From NCBI GenBank assembly GCA_963724295.1, contig CAVRUC010000011.1, positions 64,001-128,000 on the forward strand: a stretch of DNA of 64,000 bases, in the 5' to 3' direction. Below, piece after piece: positions 22,296-32,671 of this stretch. Every line of letters begins with the position of its first letter. Within the stretch, counting starts at the first letter, position 1. The notes under the pieces were generated by a model that saw nothing but the letters and a program-made list of their open reading frames with translations, made no database searches and was not told the origin of the DNA. The position numbers were made by a program, and so were the translations under genes. The DNA is from an uncultured Chloroflexia bacterium. GTDB lineage: Bacteria; Chloroflexota; Chloroflexia; Thermomicrobiales; UBA6265.

Positions 22296-23425
22296 TGGAC
22301 CCGGCAGAGCGTCGCGAGCAGGAGACACCAATGACCACGTCCAACGAAGCCGTGGCGCTTCCGCTCAATCTGCATGAGTACGAGACGGCGGCGCGCGAGA
22401 TCCTGTCACCGATGGTTTTTGACTTCGTCGCCGGCGGCAGTGGCGACCAGGTGACTCTGCGTGGCAACCGGGCGGCGTTTGATCGCTGGCGCTTGCTGCC
22501 GCGGGTGTTGCACGGGTTACGCGATGTCTCGACGGGGACCTCGGTTCTCGGTCAGGACATCGCGCTGCCGGTGCTCATCGCACCGTCGTCTCTGCACCGG
22601 CTGTGTCATGACGAGGGCGAGCGGGCCACCGCCCGCGCGGCGAAGGCTGCCGGCACGATCTACACCCTGAGCACGCCCTCCTCGATCGCCCTGGAGGAAG
22701 TTGCCCCCGAGGCGGGACCGTGGTGGTTCCAGCTTTACGTCTACCGCGACCGGGGGCTGACCCGCGAACTGGTCACGCGCGCGGCGTCCGCGGGAGCCTC
22801 GGCCCTCGTCGTGACCGTCGATATGCCAATGCTCGGGCGGCGGGAGGCGGACGAACGCAATCGCTTTACCCTTCCATCCGGCGTAACGATGCCCCATATT
22901 CAGCTCCCAGCACCACGACTGCTGACAGAGGCTGGCGCCAGCGCCGAGTGGACCGCCACATTTCCCGCGGTAGAGTCGGCCTTGACCTGGGACGATCTCG
23001 ATTGGCTTGCCTCACTTTCGTCGCTGCCCGTGGTGCCGAAAGGCATCCTGCACCCTGATGATGCCCTGCGTGCGGTTGACCAGGGAGCGCGGGCGGTAAT
23101 AGTCTCCAACCATGGCGGCCGTCAGCTCGACAGCGCGGTCGCCTCGCTCGATGCCCTGCCGGCAGTGGTAGAGGCGGTCGGTGGGCGCGCCGAGGTGCTT
23201 GTCGACGGCGGTGTGCGGCGAGGCACGGACATCCTGAAGGCCCTGGCGTTGGGGGCGCGAGGCGTGCTCATCGGCCGGCCCATCCACTGGGGATTGGCCG
23301 TTGATGGCCAGGCCGGGGTGCGGCACGTCCTGGAGCTGCTGCGTGCCGAGCTGGCACTCGATTTGATGCTTTGCGGTCTCGCCTCTCCTGAAGCCGTGGA
23401 CCGATCTCTCCTCGTCCCTGCGTAG
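22295..23425 (+). CDS. FMN-dependent alpha-hydroxy acid oxidase/dehydrogenase (start could be 22331)
   Basis: WFQLY, VTVD, KGIL, SNHGGRQLD and DGGVRRGTDILKALALGA. Confidence 0.92.
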   Translation: MDPAERREQETPMTTSNEAVALPLNLHEYETAAREILSPMVFDFVAGGSGDQVTLRGNRAAFDRWRLLPRVLHGLRDVSTGTSVLGQDIALPVLIAPSSLHRLCHDEGERATARAAKAAGTIYTLSTPSSIALEEVAPEAGPWWFQLYVYRDRGLTRELVTRAASAGASALVVTVDMPMLGRREADERNRFTLPSGVTMPHIQLPAPRLLTEAGASAEWTATFPAVESALTWDDLDWLASLSSLPVVPKGILHPDDALRAVDQGARAVIVSNHGGRQLDSAVASLDALPAVVEAVGGRAEVLVDGGVRRGTDILKALALGARGVLIGRPIHWGLAVDGQAGVRHVLELLRAELALDLMLCGLASPEAVDRSLLVPA

Positions 23426-23649
23426 GCATGACGGTCGGCGCAGATGGAGCCACCTACGTTTTTGAATAAACTCCAGACTCTGGAGTTCCGCGATGGCGAG
23501 TGCGAGCACAAGACGATCGAGTTTGGCGTCCCGTGGGAGCCGTCTGACTGGCGGTCGCGGTGGGTCGAGGTATTCGAACCGGCGACGGCCCGGATTGGCC
23601 ACTGTGTGGCCGAGACGGCTACGCGATGAAGCCGGTCCCCAAAACGCCC

Positions 23650-23829
23650 CTACTCCTTGAAAGCCGAGAGCGCTGATATGTGCCGAAGTTGGTGACTTCC
23701 GGTCCACCATACCCAAAAGGAGATCATCGTCGATGCGCCATGACCGGCGAATCCGGCGCCGACGATGACGGCGTCGAAGTCGCTGCTCTCCCCTGGGCCG
23801 GCTGTGGTCGGTAGTGGCTCGCGATGCAC
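23650..23829 (-). pseudogene. 5' remnant of a second BVMO gene
   Basis: Encodes SDFDAVIVGAGFAG, near-identical in DNA to 18753-18795, then loses similarity and stops after 59 codons. Confidence 0.65.
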
Positions 23830-24020
23830 AGCGTCCTCGTCTTCCTTGGCCGCCTACCGGGACGGGACAGGCAAGGCCAGCGATCCACAGATGTCTAGCG
23901 CAACGTCGAGGAACGAACGGGAGAGATCGAGAGAGAATACACCGGTTGCTAGAGGAAGATCATCAGCCGGTTCCTCAGGTCTGGGAGATCGATGGACTGA
24001 GGTACTACAGGGAGTGCACC

Positions 24021-25367
24021 ATGGCCGACTTGCACGATCTGACCGCTGCCGAGGCGGTCAGACAGATCCGCGCCGGCACCATGAGTCCAACCGCGTACCT
24101 TGACGCCTGCCTGGCTCGCATCGACGCCTGCGAACCCGCGATCGGCGCCTGGGTCCATCTGGACCGTGAGGCAGCGCAGCACGTTGCGCAGGAGCGCGAG
24201 CGGGAGATCGGACTCAGGCGATGTGCCGGCGCGTTGCACGGGATCCCAGTGGCGCTGAAAGACATCATTGACGTCGCCGGTTTGCCTACCACCGCCGGCG
24301 CCGGATCTTTCGCGCACCGGACGCCATCGGCCGACGCGGCCGCAGCGGCCCGCATGCGGGCCCAGGGTGCAGTGATCCTGGGCAAGGTGACCACCACTGC
24401 GTTCGCCTTCCTCGATCCCAGCTCGACCCGGAACCCATGGAACCGCGCGCATACGCCGGGGGGTTCCTCGAGCGGGTCGGCCGCCGCCGTTGCCGCGCGC
24501 ATGGTGCCGCTGGCGTTGGGCACGCAGACGGCCGGCTCGGTGCTGCGCCCCGCCGCCTACTGTGGCGTGGTCGGGTTCAAGCCGAGCTACGGCCGCATCA
24601 GCACGACTGGTGTGGTGCCCCTTGCCTGGAGCCTCGATCATGTAGGCATCTTCAGTCGCAGTGTGGAAGACGCCGCGCTCGCGCTTGGGCTGCTTGCCGG
24701 CGCCGATGCTGCCGATCCCCGCGCGAGCGCGGCGCCCGTCGACGATTATCTGGCCGGCCTGGTCGATCCGCCCGCTCCCCGCATCGGCTTCCTGCGGCCG
24801 CTCTTGGAGCGCGTCAGCCCGGAGATGGCCACGCATTTGGAGACGACGGCACAGGCGTTCAAGGAAAACGGGGCCAGCGTGATTGATGTGGACCTGCCTT
24901 CCGCGTTCGCCGAGATCGCCGACGCCGGTCGCACCGTCTTGCTGGCAGAGGCAGCGGCCGCGCATCGCGAGTTGTTCGCCGTCCACGCGGATGACTATCC
25001 GGCGCGGATTCGGGAGGGTTTGGTGGCCGGGCAGGATATCTCCGCCGTGGCGTTCCTCCTGGCGCAAGAGACCCGAAATCGCTTTCGCAAGGAGGCCACC
25101 GCCCTTGCCGTGCGCTACGACGCGATGCTTGCTCCGACGATCGGCGCTCCCGCACCCAAGGGCCTCGACTCCACCGGCGACCCCAGCTTCTGCGCGCCCT
25201 GGAGCTCGGCCGGAATGCCCGCCATCGCCCTTCCCAGTGGCCTCGCTGAGGATGGGCTCCCGCTCTCGATCCAGCTCGTGGGCGCGCCCTTTGCCGAGGC
25301 CCGGCTTCTAGCAGCCGCAGCTTGGTGCGAGCAGGTTCTCGCCTTCGCCAGCCAGCCTTCGGTTTAG
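24021..25367 (+). CDS. Amidase signature family protein
   Basis: GIPVALKD, TPGGSSSGSAAAVA and GTQTAGSVLRPAAYCG. Confidence 0.92.
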   Translation: MADLHDLTAAEAVRQIRAGTMSPTAYLDACLARIDACEPAIGAWVHLDREAAQHVAQEREREIGLRRCAGALHGIPVALKDIIDVAGLPTTAGAGSFAHRTPSADAAAAARMRAQGAVILGKVTTTAFAFLDPSSTRNPWNRAHTPGGSSSGSAAAVAARMVPLALGTQTAGSVLRPAAYCGVVGFKPSYGRISTTGVVPLAWSLDHVGIFSRSVEDAALALGLLAGADAADPRASAAPVDDYLAGLVDPPAPRIGFLRPLLERVSPEMATHLETTAQAFKENGASVIDVDLPSAFAEIADAGRTVLLAEAAAAHRELFAVHADDYPARIREGLVAGQDISAVAFLLAQETRNRFRKEATALAVRYDAMLAPTIGAPAPKGLDSTGDPSFCAPWSSAGMPAIALPSGLAEDGLPLSIQLVGAPFAEARLLAAAAWCEQVLAFASQPSV

Positions 25368-25760
25368 CGGCCTGGATACCGCAGACGCCCCGAACGATCG
25401 AAGGGTGGAACCGAAGAATGTAGCAATCCTCTCGTCACCACCAGGCATCGGTCTTGGTCCTGAATTGCGGGCGGTGTGGATCATCCCGCGGGGGACGAAG
25501 ACGAACGCCCCGGTTCCCCCGACTACTTCCCGATCGCCCAGCTGGAACGTCATCTCACCCTCGGCGATGTAGAAGGCCTCGTCGGTGTGTGGATAGATAT
25601 GCAGGGGAGGCCAAGCATCCCCGGCCGGCATGGCCCCGACTATGACGACGTACGCCTCGCCAGTCTGCCCCGGTCCGCGGACGACCGGACCGCGCGCGGC
25701 CTCGGCTTCCGCCCCTCCCGCGTCCGGGAGAATGACCGTCGCCCCGTTGACCGCCTCCAT
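25308..25760 (-). CDS. Cupin-domain protein, probably 3'-truncated
   Basis: PPLHIYPHTDEAFYIAEG...VPRGMIH; tail is unrelated and overlaps the amidase end. Confidence 0.6.
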   Translation of the reverse strand: MEAVNGATVILPDAGGAEAEAARGPVVRGPGQTGEAYVVIVGAMPAGDAWPPLHIYPHTDEAFYIAEGEMTFQLGDREVVGGTGAFVFVPRGMIHTARNSGPRPMPGGDERIATFFGSTLRSFGASAVSRPLNRRLAGEGENLLAPSCGC

Positions 25761-25875
25761 CCCCACCTCCACGCCATGAACGCCCTGATTGCCTCGATCG
25801 CGATCACGCTTCGGCATCATAGCGAGTCATTCGCCGCGGCGCGGTGACCACTTTTGAAGCTAGTTCCATAGACGC

Positions 25876-27045
25876 TCAATCTCGGTGTCGGGAAGGCGAG
25901 GCCGGCGATTCCCTGGCCGAGCCCCCGATCCATCCCCGACGAGCGAAGAGGATCAGCGATCCTGCTGTGGTTAGCACAATGAGCACAATCATGACGATGA
26001 ACCCGCTGGTCGTGTTGATCCGCGGGGACTCGAAATTGGTGCCGAAGAAGCCGAGGATGACCGATGCCGGCAGCAACGTGACCGAGACGATCGTGAGGAC
26101 CTTCATGATGTCGTTGGTGCGGTGCGCGACCTGTGACACGTAGAGGTCAAAGGACCCATTGATCGATTCTTTGGCGGCTTCCAGCGCGTCCAGCAATCGC
26201 CCCAGTCGCTCGTCCAGGTCCCGAAAGTAGGGTTCGATGACGTCGCCTCCTACGAGCGGAAAGTCCGGGCGCAGAAAGGCCTCCAGCGTGGCGCGGTGCT
26301 GGCTCGCCAGCCGGTAGATGGCGAAGGCGAAGCGCTTCAGGTGCAAGAGGTCCTCCAGCAGCGCGTCAGAAGAATCGGTGAGCGCCCGCTCTTCCATCGC
26401 CTCGACCTCGTCCTCTAGCTCCTCGGTCAGCACTTCATAGTGCGCGAGGAGCTCATCGATGAGGATCGACAGCAGAAAGGCGGAGTCGAGCTTCAGCAAT
26501 CCTGGGTTCTGCATGGCGCGCGCCAGCGCCCGTTCCGCAAAAGGGAGGGGACGCTTGTGGGCGCTGACGAGATAGTTGCGCCCGACGAAGAGATCGAGCT
26601 CGCTGGCGAGGACTCGCTGGGCGGCGAGCTCGGCATGCGGCACGGTCACCGCGACGAAGTAGCGGTCACGAAAGACCCCGAGCCGCGGCCGCTGCCAGCC
26701 CGCGAGGGTGATCTGCACAGCCGCCTCGGGCAGGTCCAGCTGCTCTGCCACCTGCGCCAGGTCGGACGGGGCGTAGCCATTGAGATCGACCCAGACGAAG
26801 TAGGCATCATCCGCGGCCAACATGGGAAGGTCTTCGAGACCAACCTGCCGTGGCTCCGCGTCCTCCTGGAAGAGCCAGACCACAAACGCTGGCGCATCTG
26901 CCGATGAGACGGTGTCCGCCGATCCTTCGGCATCGATGACGTCCGTAACGGTCTCCGCGATCCGCTCCGTCCCGCTGATGACCGTGTGAATATCCACACC
27001 GTCCAGCACCGAGTTACGTCCGTCCGGTGTGCTTTCGTCACGCAT
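25876..27045 (-). CDS. corA: CorA-family divalent cation transporter
   Basis: WVDL, PYFRDL, TNDIMKVLTIVS, GFFGTNF loop and two C-terminal TM helices. Confidence 0.85.
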   Translation of the reverse strand: MRDESTPDGRNSVLDGVDIHTVISGTERIAETVTDVIDAEGSADTVSSADAPAFVVWLFQEDAEPRQVGLEDLPMLAADDAYFVWVDLNGYAPSDLAQVAEQLDLPEAAVQITLAGWQRPRLGVFRDRYFVAVTVPHAELAAQRVLASELDLFVGRNYLVSAHKRPLPFAERALARAMQNPGLLKLDSAFLLSILIDELLAHYEVLTEELEDEVEAMEERALTDSSDALLEDLLHLKRFAFAIYRLASQHRATLEAFLRPDFPLVGGDVIEPYFRDLDERLGRLLDALEAAKESINGSFDLYVSQVAHRTNDIMKVLTIVSVTLLPASVILGFFGTNFESPRINTTSGFIVMIVLIVLTTAGSLILFARRGWIGGSARESPASPSRHRD

Positions 27046-27191
27046 TCCAATTCTTCCCCTACTTCTCGGCACGTAGGGCCTCGTTGCCTTCGTTGTCAGA
27101 TCAACTGGCACAGTCCGGGCCACCCGTCGCCTCTGTCCATGGCAAGATCATCCGAGTGGAGGCCGGGCATGGAGCGATAGACGACGTCTCG

Positions 27192-28115
27192 GTGAATCAA
27201 GTGTTTCCCGACCCCGTCGCCGTGCTGGCGGCGCTGGGACTGAGCGGGCCATCGCGCATTACGCCGGTCACCGGCGGGGCGGACGCGACCATCTGGCGCG
27301 TTGGGTACGGCGACGCGGATTACGCGCTGCGGTTGCTCCGGGCCGATCAAGCGGCTATGGCGCGGCGTGAGGCGGTCGTCATGACCGCGGCCGCCGCGGC
27401 CGGCATCCCCGTGCCGCGCGTCGTTGCCGAGGGGAGCTGGGACAACCGACCGGTACTCCTGCTGTCGTGGATGCCGGGCCAACTGCTGCGGCATGAGCTG
27501 GAGTCCCGTCCCTGGCGCGCCTGGGTCCTCGGGGTCGAGTTCGGCGGAATGCAGGCCGCGATCCATGCAGCGCCAGTCCCAGCCGCCCTACGCCGGCACC
27601 CGGTTTCCTGGATCGAGTGGGCAGAACCCGACGCCGCGCTCCGGGACCGCTTGCGGCGATCCAGCGACGGGGAGGTGCTGCTCCACCTCGACTACCACCC
27701 GGCAAACGTGCTCGTGGAGCACGGCCGCGTGTCGGCGGTCCTGGACTGGGCGAATGCCCGTACCGGTGACCGGCGGGCCGACATCGCCCGGACGGCGGCA
27801 ATTCTTCGCTTCGCGCCGCTTGGAGTGCGGCCCTCGACCGTGACGGCGATCGCCCGCCGGGCGTTCGTTGCTGGCTGGCGGCACGGCTACCGCGCCATGG
27901 CCGGACGGGTGACCGGGATGGCGCCGTTCTATGCCTGGGCGGCAGCGGTGATGATGCACGATCTGGCGCCGCGTGTCGGGCGGACCGATCTGCCATGGCT
28001 GACGGCGGCGCTGCTGGCAGACATTGGCCGTTGGGGAGACGGGTGGCGAGCAGCGGTGGGCCTTCCCGGCCAAGCGGCTGGTTCGGGACATCGAGACGAC
28101 CACCTCGCAGGCTGA
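27192..28115 (+). CDS. Aminoglycoside phosphotransferase / choline kinase-like protein
   Basis: GIPVPRV, LLHLDYHPANV (Brenner motif) and VLDW. Confidence 0.8.
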   Translation: MNQVFPDPVAVLAALGLSGPSRITPVTGGADATIWRVGYGDADYALRLLRADQAAMARREAVVMTAAAAAGIPVPRVVAEGSWDNRPVLLLSWMPGQLLRHELESRPWRAWVLGVEFGGMQAAIHAAPVPAALRRHPVSWIEWAEPDAALRDRLRRSSDGEVLLHLDYHPANVLVEHGRVSAVLDWANARTGDRRADIARTAAILRFAPLGVRPSTVTAIARRAFVAGWRHGYRAMAGRVTGMAPFYAWAAAVMMHDLAPRVGRTDLPWLTAALLADIGRWGDGWRAAVGLPGQAAGSGHRDDHLAG

Positions 28116-28159
28116 TTGGGTGAGCAACAGAGGCCGCGTGTGGGAGCATTGGGTGTCGG

Positions 28160-28278
28160 AATGGCCCGCAAGTCTGTGGCGCCACCCTGACCTCCCGAGC
28201 TTATGGATCGGCCAGGCGGTCTCCTCTATCGGCTCAGAGGTTTCCTAGCTTGCCATCCCGCTCACAGCGGTGTCCTGA
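28160..28278 (+). pseudogene. N-terminal remnant of an MFS transporter
   Basis: LWRHPDLPSLWIGQAVSSIGSEVS*LAIPLTAV resembles the start of DHA3-type MFS proteins; internal stop and no continuation. Confidence 0.5.
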
Positions 28279-28508
28279 TTCGTTTGGCGTTGCCAGGGTG
28301 TACACTGCGCCAAAGCGCAAGTCATTACAGCGAGCAGATGCAGGTCGCGCTTTCGGGCCGCGTACCTCGTCGTCAGTGCAGCGGACGCCTGGCTCCGATC
28401 GGTTCCGTGGCGCCCGGATTCTCGTGGCGACGCCCGTGGACACCTGCGAGCACCTGACTCGCCGGGGACGGTGCGCCACCGTCATTCGGGAAGCGAGAAA
28501 GTTGTCCG

Positions 28509-29063
28509 ATGGCCCTGACCGCCCCGATCGATATTCAGACCCCTCCGCTGATCACCGAGGACATCGATGACTCCGAGATCGTCGTCCATGGCGACGACCT
28601 CAAAGGGGTGCGGCTGTACTGTCGACTGGCCGCCGCGATTCCAGCGCTGGCCCTGGTCCTGCTGGCACTCGTTGCTATCTGGATCTCCACCCAGCGCTTC
28701 GATCGGCGCTGGGACTCCGGCCAGACGATCGTTCCGTTGGCAGTGGTCCTGATCGTGGCTGCTCTGTCCTACCTGCGGGCAGAGCTGCGCCTGCGCAGCT
28801 ACCGTCTCGATCTCACCTCCGACGCCGTCATCTTCGAGTATGGGCGCAAGCGCTCGTACGTTCCCCGCGAGCACGTTCAGCTCTTCGATACCGAAACCTC
28901 GATCCTGCTGCGGATCTTCCGCCTCAGACGATGCAATCTGCACACCGGGGGAGGAATGGTCGTCGTTTCGCCAGTGCCAGCCCGTGTCGCGGCCGCAATC
29001 GAGCGATTGATCTACGAGCAGCCCGCGACGATGCGTGCTGAACGACCAGATGCCAACGCGTGA
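28509..29063 (+). CDS. YdbS-like membrane protein with bacterial PH domain
   Basis: Two TM segments followed by Y.L...VP..HVQ...R.F.L...LHTGGG; stop overlaps next start. Confidence 0.7.
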   Translation: MALTAPIDIQTPPLITEDIDDSEIVVHGDDLKGVRLYCRLAAAIPALALVLLALVAIWISTQRFDRRWDSGQTIVPLAVVLIVAALSYLRAELRLRSYRLDLTSDAVIFEYGRKRSYVPREHVQLFDTETSILLRIFRLRRCNLHTGGGMVVVSPVPARVAAAIERLIYEQPATMRAERPDANA

Positions 29064-30725
29064 CCGATCGGCTGAGCGTTGCTCGATCGTTGCGCGGAAA
29101 GCGCCGGCTGCACCCGCTGGCGATCATCTTCCCGTTCACCAGCTACTCCAGGCCACCGCGTCTTGGCCGAAGCTTGAGGATCCCCAGGTGGCTCCTGCTT
29201 TCGATCCTCTTCGTCGTGATCCTGATCGTCGACTACTTCTCGGACAGCCTGTCGGTGCGGGACGATGGCGGCATTATTTTCCAGCGCGACGAATTCACCC
29301 GGACAGACCTGTCGATCCTGACGATCGGGATCGGACTCATCGCTATCCCCCTCCTCGTCCACTGGTGGACGTTCCGGTGGTGGATCGACGACGACGCCAT
29401 CTGGACCAGCGGCGGGATCTTCGACGTCTGGCGGCGGCGGGTAACGTTCGATCACATTGTGACGATCGACCGCACGTCGACGCCGGTGCGGCGTCTCTTC
29501 GGTGTCTCCAGGATCGCGATCGAGACGACAGCTGTCGACCAGGCGACGCCAGATGTCCTCTTTGGGTACCTGTCGAAGAAGAATGCAAACCTCCTCGAGG
29601 AGTTGCTGATCACGAAGCTGGTGTTCGATGGCGAGGACAACGAGGTACGACGGTTCGATCCGCTCAGCGTCGATCAGCTCGGGTGGTGGGATCTGATCCT
29701 TGCCGGCGCGACGACACTCCAGATCGGTCGCGCTCTGGTAGTTCTGTACGCCGTAAGCCTATTCTTTCGGAACGAGATCTTCTCCTCGATCGACATCAGT
29801 GGCGAGATCACGACGCTCGAACCCCCTCCGGTTCACCTCGTGATCGTCCCCTTCCTCGGCATCATCGTCATCCTGTGGCTCGTGTCAACGCTCTATTTTC
29901 GTGGTGTCGTTCGCCCGTTTCAGGCTCGGCAAGCATGGGGGCTGGCTGATCCTCGAAACCGGCGTCATTCGCCGCTCGCGACGGCTGATCAAGGCCGGCG
30001 CCATCCAGGGGCTGGAGATCTCCCGGTCGCCACTGCAGCGGTACTTCAGAAGCAAGCGGGCGATGCTGCGGATGCGCCTGCCGGCGTACGGCTCTCCGCC
30101 GATCTACGCCATGGTGCTCCATCCGGCCGTCACCGATGCGACCCTCCCTTCCCTCACGAGTCAGATCGCGGGGATGGATCTGGCAACGAGCGAGGCGATG
30201 TGTGGGAAAGGGGTTCACCCGTTAGCGGCCAGGTGTCGCAACGCCTATGTCACCTACTGGCCGGTGCGGATCGCCGCGGTTTGCGGGGTGTTGCTGGCAT
30301 TGCTGCTGAGCCTTCAGCCGCGGCTGTGGTGGTGGGCGCTCCTCCCCCTGATCCTGGCCGTGCCGTTCGCGATCTCGGGGTGGCTGGCGTGGAGGAGTGC
30401 CGGCTGGTACGCCGGCAACGGCGAATGGCTGCTCGTGCAGCGAGGGGCGTTCACCCTCACCTCGACCGCCGCCAGGATCGATCAGATCCAGTACGTCCGC
30501 TGGTCACAAGGGTTGTTCTCGCGTGCCAACGCGACCTTCTCCCTGGCCATCTCGGTTGCCACGAGCGGAGGGGCGGGTCTGCTCAGCCGGTTCCTCGCCG
30601 TCCTGCGCGGGCCGGTCGACCCCTCGCTGGTTCGCATTCGCGCCGTAGCCGCCACGGACGCCGAGAAGATCGCGATCTCGAGCGGACTCGAGCGCTCGCT
30701 GCCTCCAGGAATGATCCCGGGGTGA
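29060..30725 (+). CDS. YdbT-like membrane protein with three bacterial PH domains (frameshift near 29900)
   Basis: RRLHPL start; RRLFGVSRIAIETT; IQGLEISRSPLQR; alternating TM and PH segments. Confidence 0.75.
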
Positions 30726-31039
30726 TCGAACGCTGACCGCCGCGTGCCCGGCCAGGGCGCCGTGCCACGTCCTCCGACGTTAGCGCAAGCTGTCGGAGGT
30801 GGATCGGCGCGTCCTGGAGGATCATCCCCAAAACTGACTTCGATCGAAAAAGACGACGAGCAAGACATTACGGAGACGTCAGACGAGTCGCTCCTACGAA
30901 ACACTGTTTGGCATCGCAACAGAGTCGAGCACCGTTTGGCGTTGGGGAAAGGCGCTGGTGTGGTCCGCGCCACGGAGGTCGACTCCAGGACCCCCGCTTC
31001 GGTACGTCGCTAACGGACGGTGTCGGGATGCTGAAAGCT

Positions 31040-31107
31040 CATTCTGTTAATGAAAGATAAAAACATGATTATCAGAATGTTGACAAGCGCAGCATCATGT
31101 GCATGAT
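31040..31107 (+). promoter_or_regulatory. AT-rich promoter/operator of the SARP gene
   Basis: Inverted repeat CATTCTGTTAAT / ATTATCAGAATG (31040-31079); TTGACA at 31080; palindrome ATCATG-TG-CATGAT over the -10 region. Confidence 0.5.
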
Positions 31108-31178
31108 ACCGGTACACAGCAATGAGTCCGGGTGAGCCCTGAATCTAACCGCGCCTGTGACGGAAAGGCGTTTCTGTG

Positions 31179-32129
31179 ATGGCCGAGTTGGACATCCGCT
31201 TGTTTGGAAGATTTCGCATCTACGCCCATGATGTCGAGATCACCGGGTTTGAGAGCGCGAAGGCTCAGGAACTCCTCTGCTACCTGCTCGTCCACTCTGG
31301 GCGGCCCCACCCCCGCGAAGCGATGGCTGGTCTCTTTTGGGACGAGCGGCCAACTGAGGTATCCCGCAAGTATCTGCGGCAGGCGCTTTGGCAACTGCAG
31401 ACTGCCCTCTGTACAGGGGTTGGCAACGCGCTCGGGGACGTTCTCCATGTCGAAGCCGACTGGATGCAACTCGATTTGAGCGACATGATCCACGTGGACG
31501 TCGTCAAATTGGAGCAGGCCTTTGACCACGCCCATGGCGTCGCTGGGCGGGACCTGGATGATCAAAGCTTCGCGCGTCTCCGCGCGGCCATTCATCTCTA
31601 CGACGGTGATTTGCTGGAGGGTTGGTATCAGGACTGGTGTCTAACGGCTCGCGAGCGGCTGCAAGTGAAGTACCTGGCGATCCTCGACAAGCTGATGGCC
31701 GCCAGCGAGTTCCGCCTCATGTACGAAGCCGGAATCTCGTATGGGACACGCATGTTAGAGGTCGACCGCGCGCGGGAAGCGACCCATCAGTGCCTGATGC
31801 GTTTGCATTACCTTTCCGGTGATCGCACCGGGGCCTTGCGCCAATTCGCGCGCTGCCGCGATGCCCTGCGCGACGATCTCGCCGTCGATCCGTCGCGGGC
31901 GACGATCGCGCTGCATGAGGCGATCCGTCACGATCGCCCCGACAGCCTTCAGGCCGGATTGCCGCACCCGGGCCAGTCACGCGAAATCGAGTCGGCCACC
32001 CTTGCCGACACCATGGCCCAGCTCCAGCAACTGCGCGAGTTGCTCGAGGGCATCCACCAGCAGGTGCAGCGACAGTATCAACCCATCAATCTCAGGATCA
32101 AGCGACAGCCGCCACGATTGGCGCGATAG
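31179..32129 (+). CDS. SARP/AfsR-family activator (OmpR-like wHTH + BTAD)
   Basis: IRLFGRF, ELLCYLL, RE..AGLFW, LRQALWQL, LYDGDLLEG, E..HQCLMRLHYLSGDRTGALRQF, PS..T..L. Confidence 0.9.
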   Translation: MAELDIRLFGRFRIYAHDVEITGFESAKAQELLCYLLVHSGRPHPREAMAGLFWDERPTEVSRKYLRQALWQLQTALCTGVGNALGDVLHVEADWMQLDLSDMIHVDVVKLEQAFDHAHGVAGRDLDDQSFARLRAAIHLYDGDLLEGWYQDWCLTARERLQVKYLAILDKLMAASEFRLMYEAGISYGTRMLEVDRAREATHQCLMRLHYLSGDRTGALRQFARCRDALRDDLAVDPSRATIALHEAIRHDRPDSLQAGLPHPGQSREIESATLADTMAQLQQLRELLEGIHQQVQRQYQPINLRIKRQPPRLAR

Positions 32130-32312
32130 CGTGTTCCGGCGTCGGGAGAGTGGGACGGGCCACACTCCGCGTCACGTGCCGCGGTTAGCCTCGAGGCGGC
32201 GTGCAGCCGAAAGACAGTGCAGCGGACGATGGCGGAACGGTTGCCAGACTGGCAACTGAGACGATCGACGTCAGGGAGGATCATGCGGCTACCGTAATCG
32301 AGGGCAAAAACA

Positions 32313-32603
32313 ATGGTTGGGACTGAGAGGTCGCCAGTTGCAGAGCAGGATGACATCGCCGCCGCCGCTCTGCCTCACCGCACGGACCAACGGCTGATCA
32401 TCCGCCTCTGGATCGACGAGGTGTCGCAGGGGGGTAGGAATCCGCGCTGGTATGGGCAGGTCGTCAACATCACCGGCGGAGATCCGCGCTACGTGCGCCG
32501 GCTCTCGGAGATTGGCGACGTGGTCGTCGCGGTGCTGGAGGGGATGGGCGTCCGCTTTCGCTGGCGCCGGCTCGCTGCGCGCCTGTGCCGCTTCTCCCGC
32601 TAG
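32313..32603 (+). CDS. Small hypothetical protein downstream of the SARP gene
   Basis: IIRLWIDE...WYGQVVNITGGDPRY pattern resembling a small Chloroflexota family (from memory); start uncertain. Confidence 0.55.
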   Translation: MVGTERSPVAEQDDIAAAALPHRTDQRLIIRLWIDEVSQGGRNPRWYGQVVNITGGDPRYVRRLSEIGDVVVAVLEGMGVRFRWRRLAARLCRFSR

Positions 32604-32671
32604 CGCGGCTGCAAACGAGGCGTCATGGCGCCCGCGCTGCTGACACGGGAGTTAGCAAGGCGTACTTCGTC

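Noticed and set aside
27192..28115. Aminoglycoside resistance gene
   Set aside because: Only superfamily kinase motifs are visible; substrate cannot be inferred and there is no mobile context
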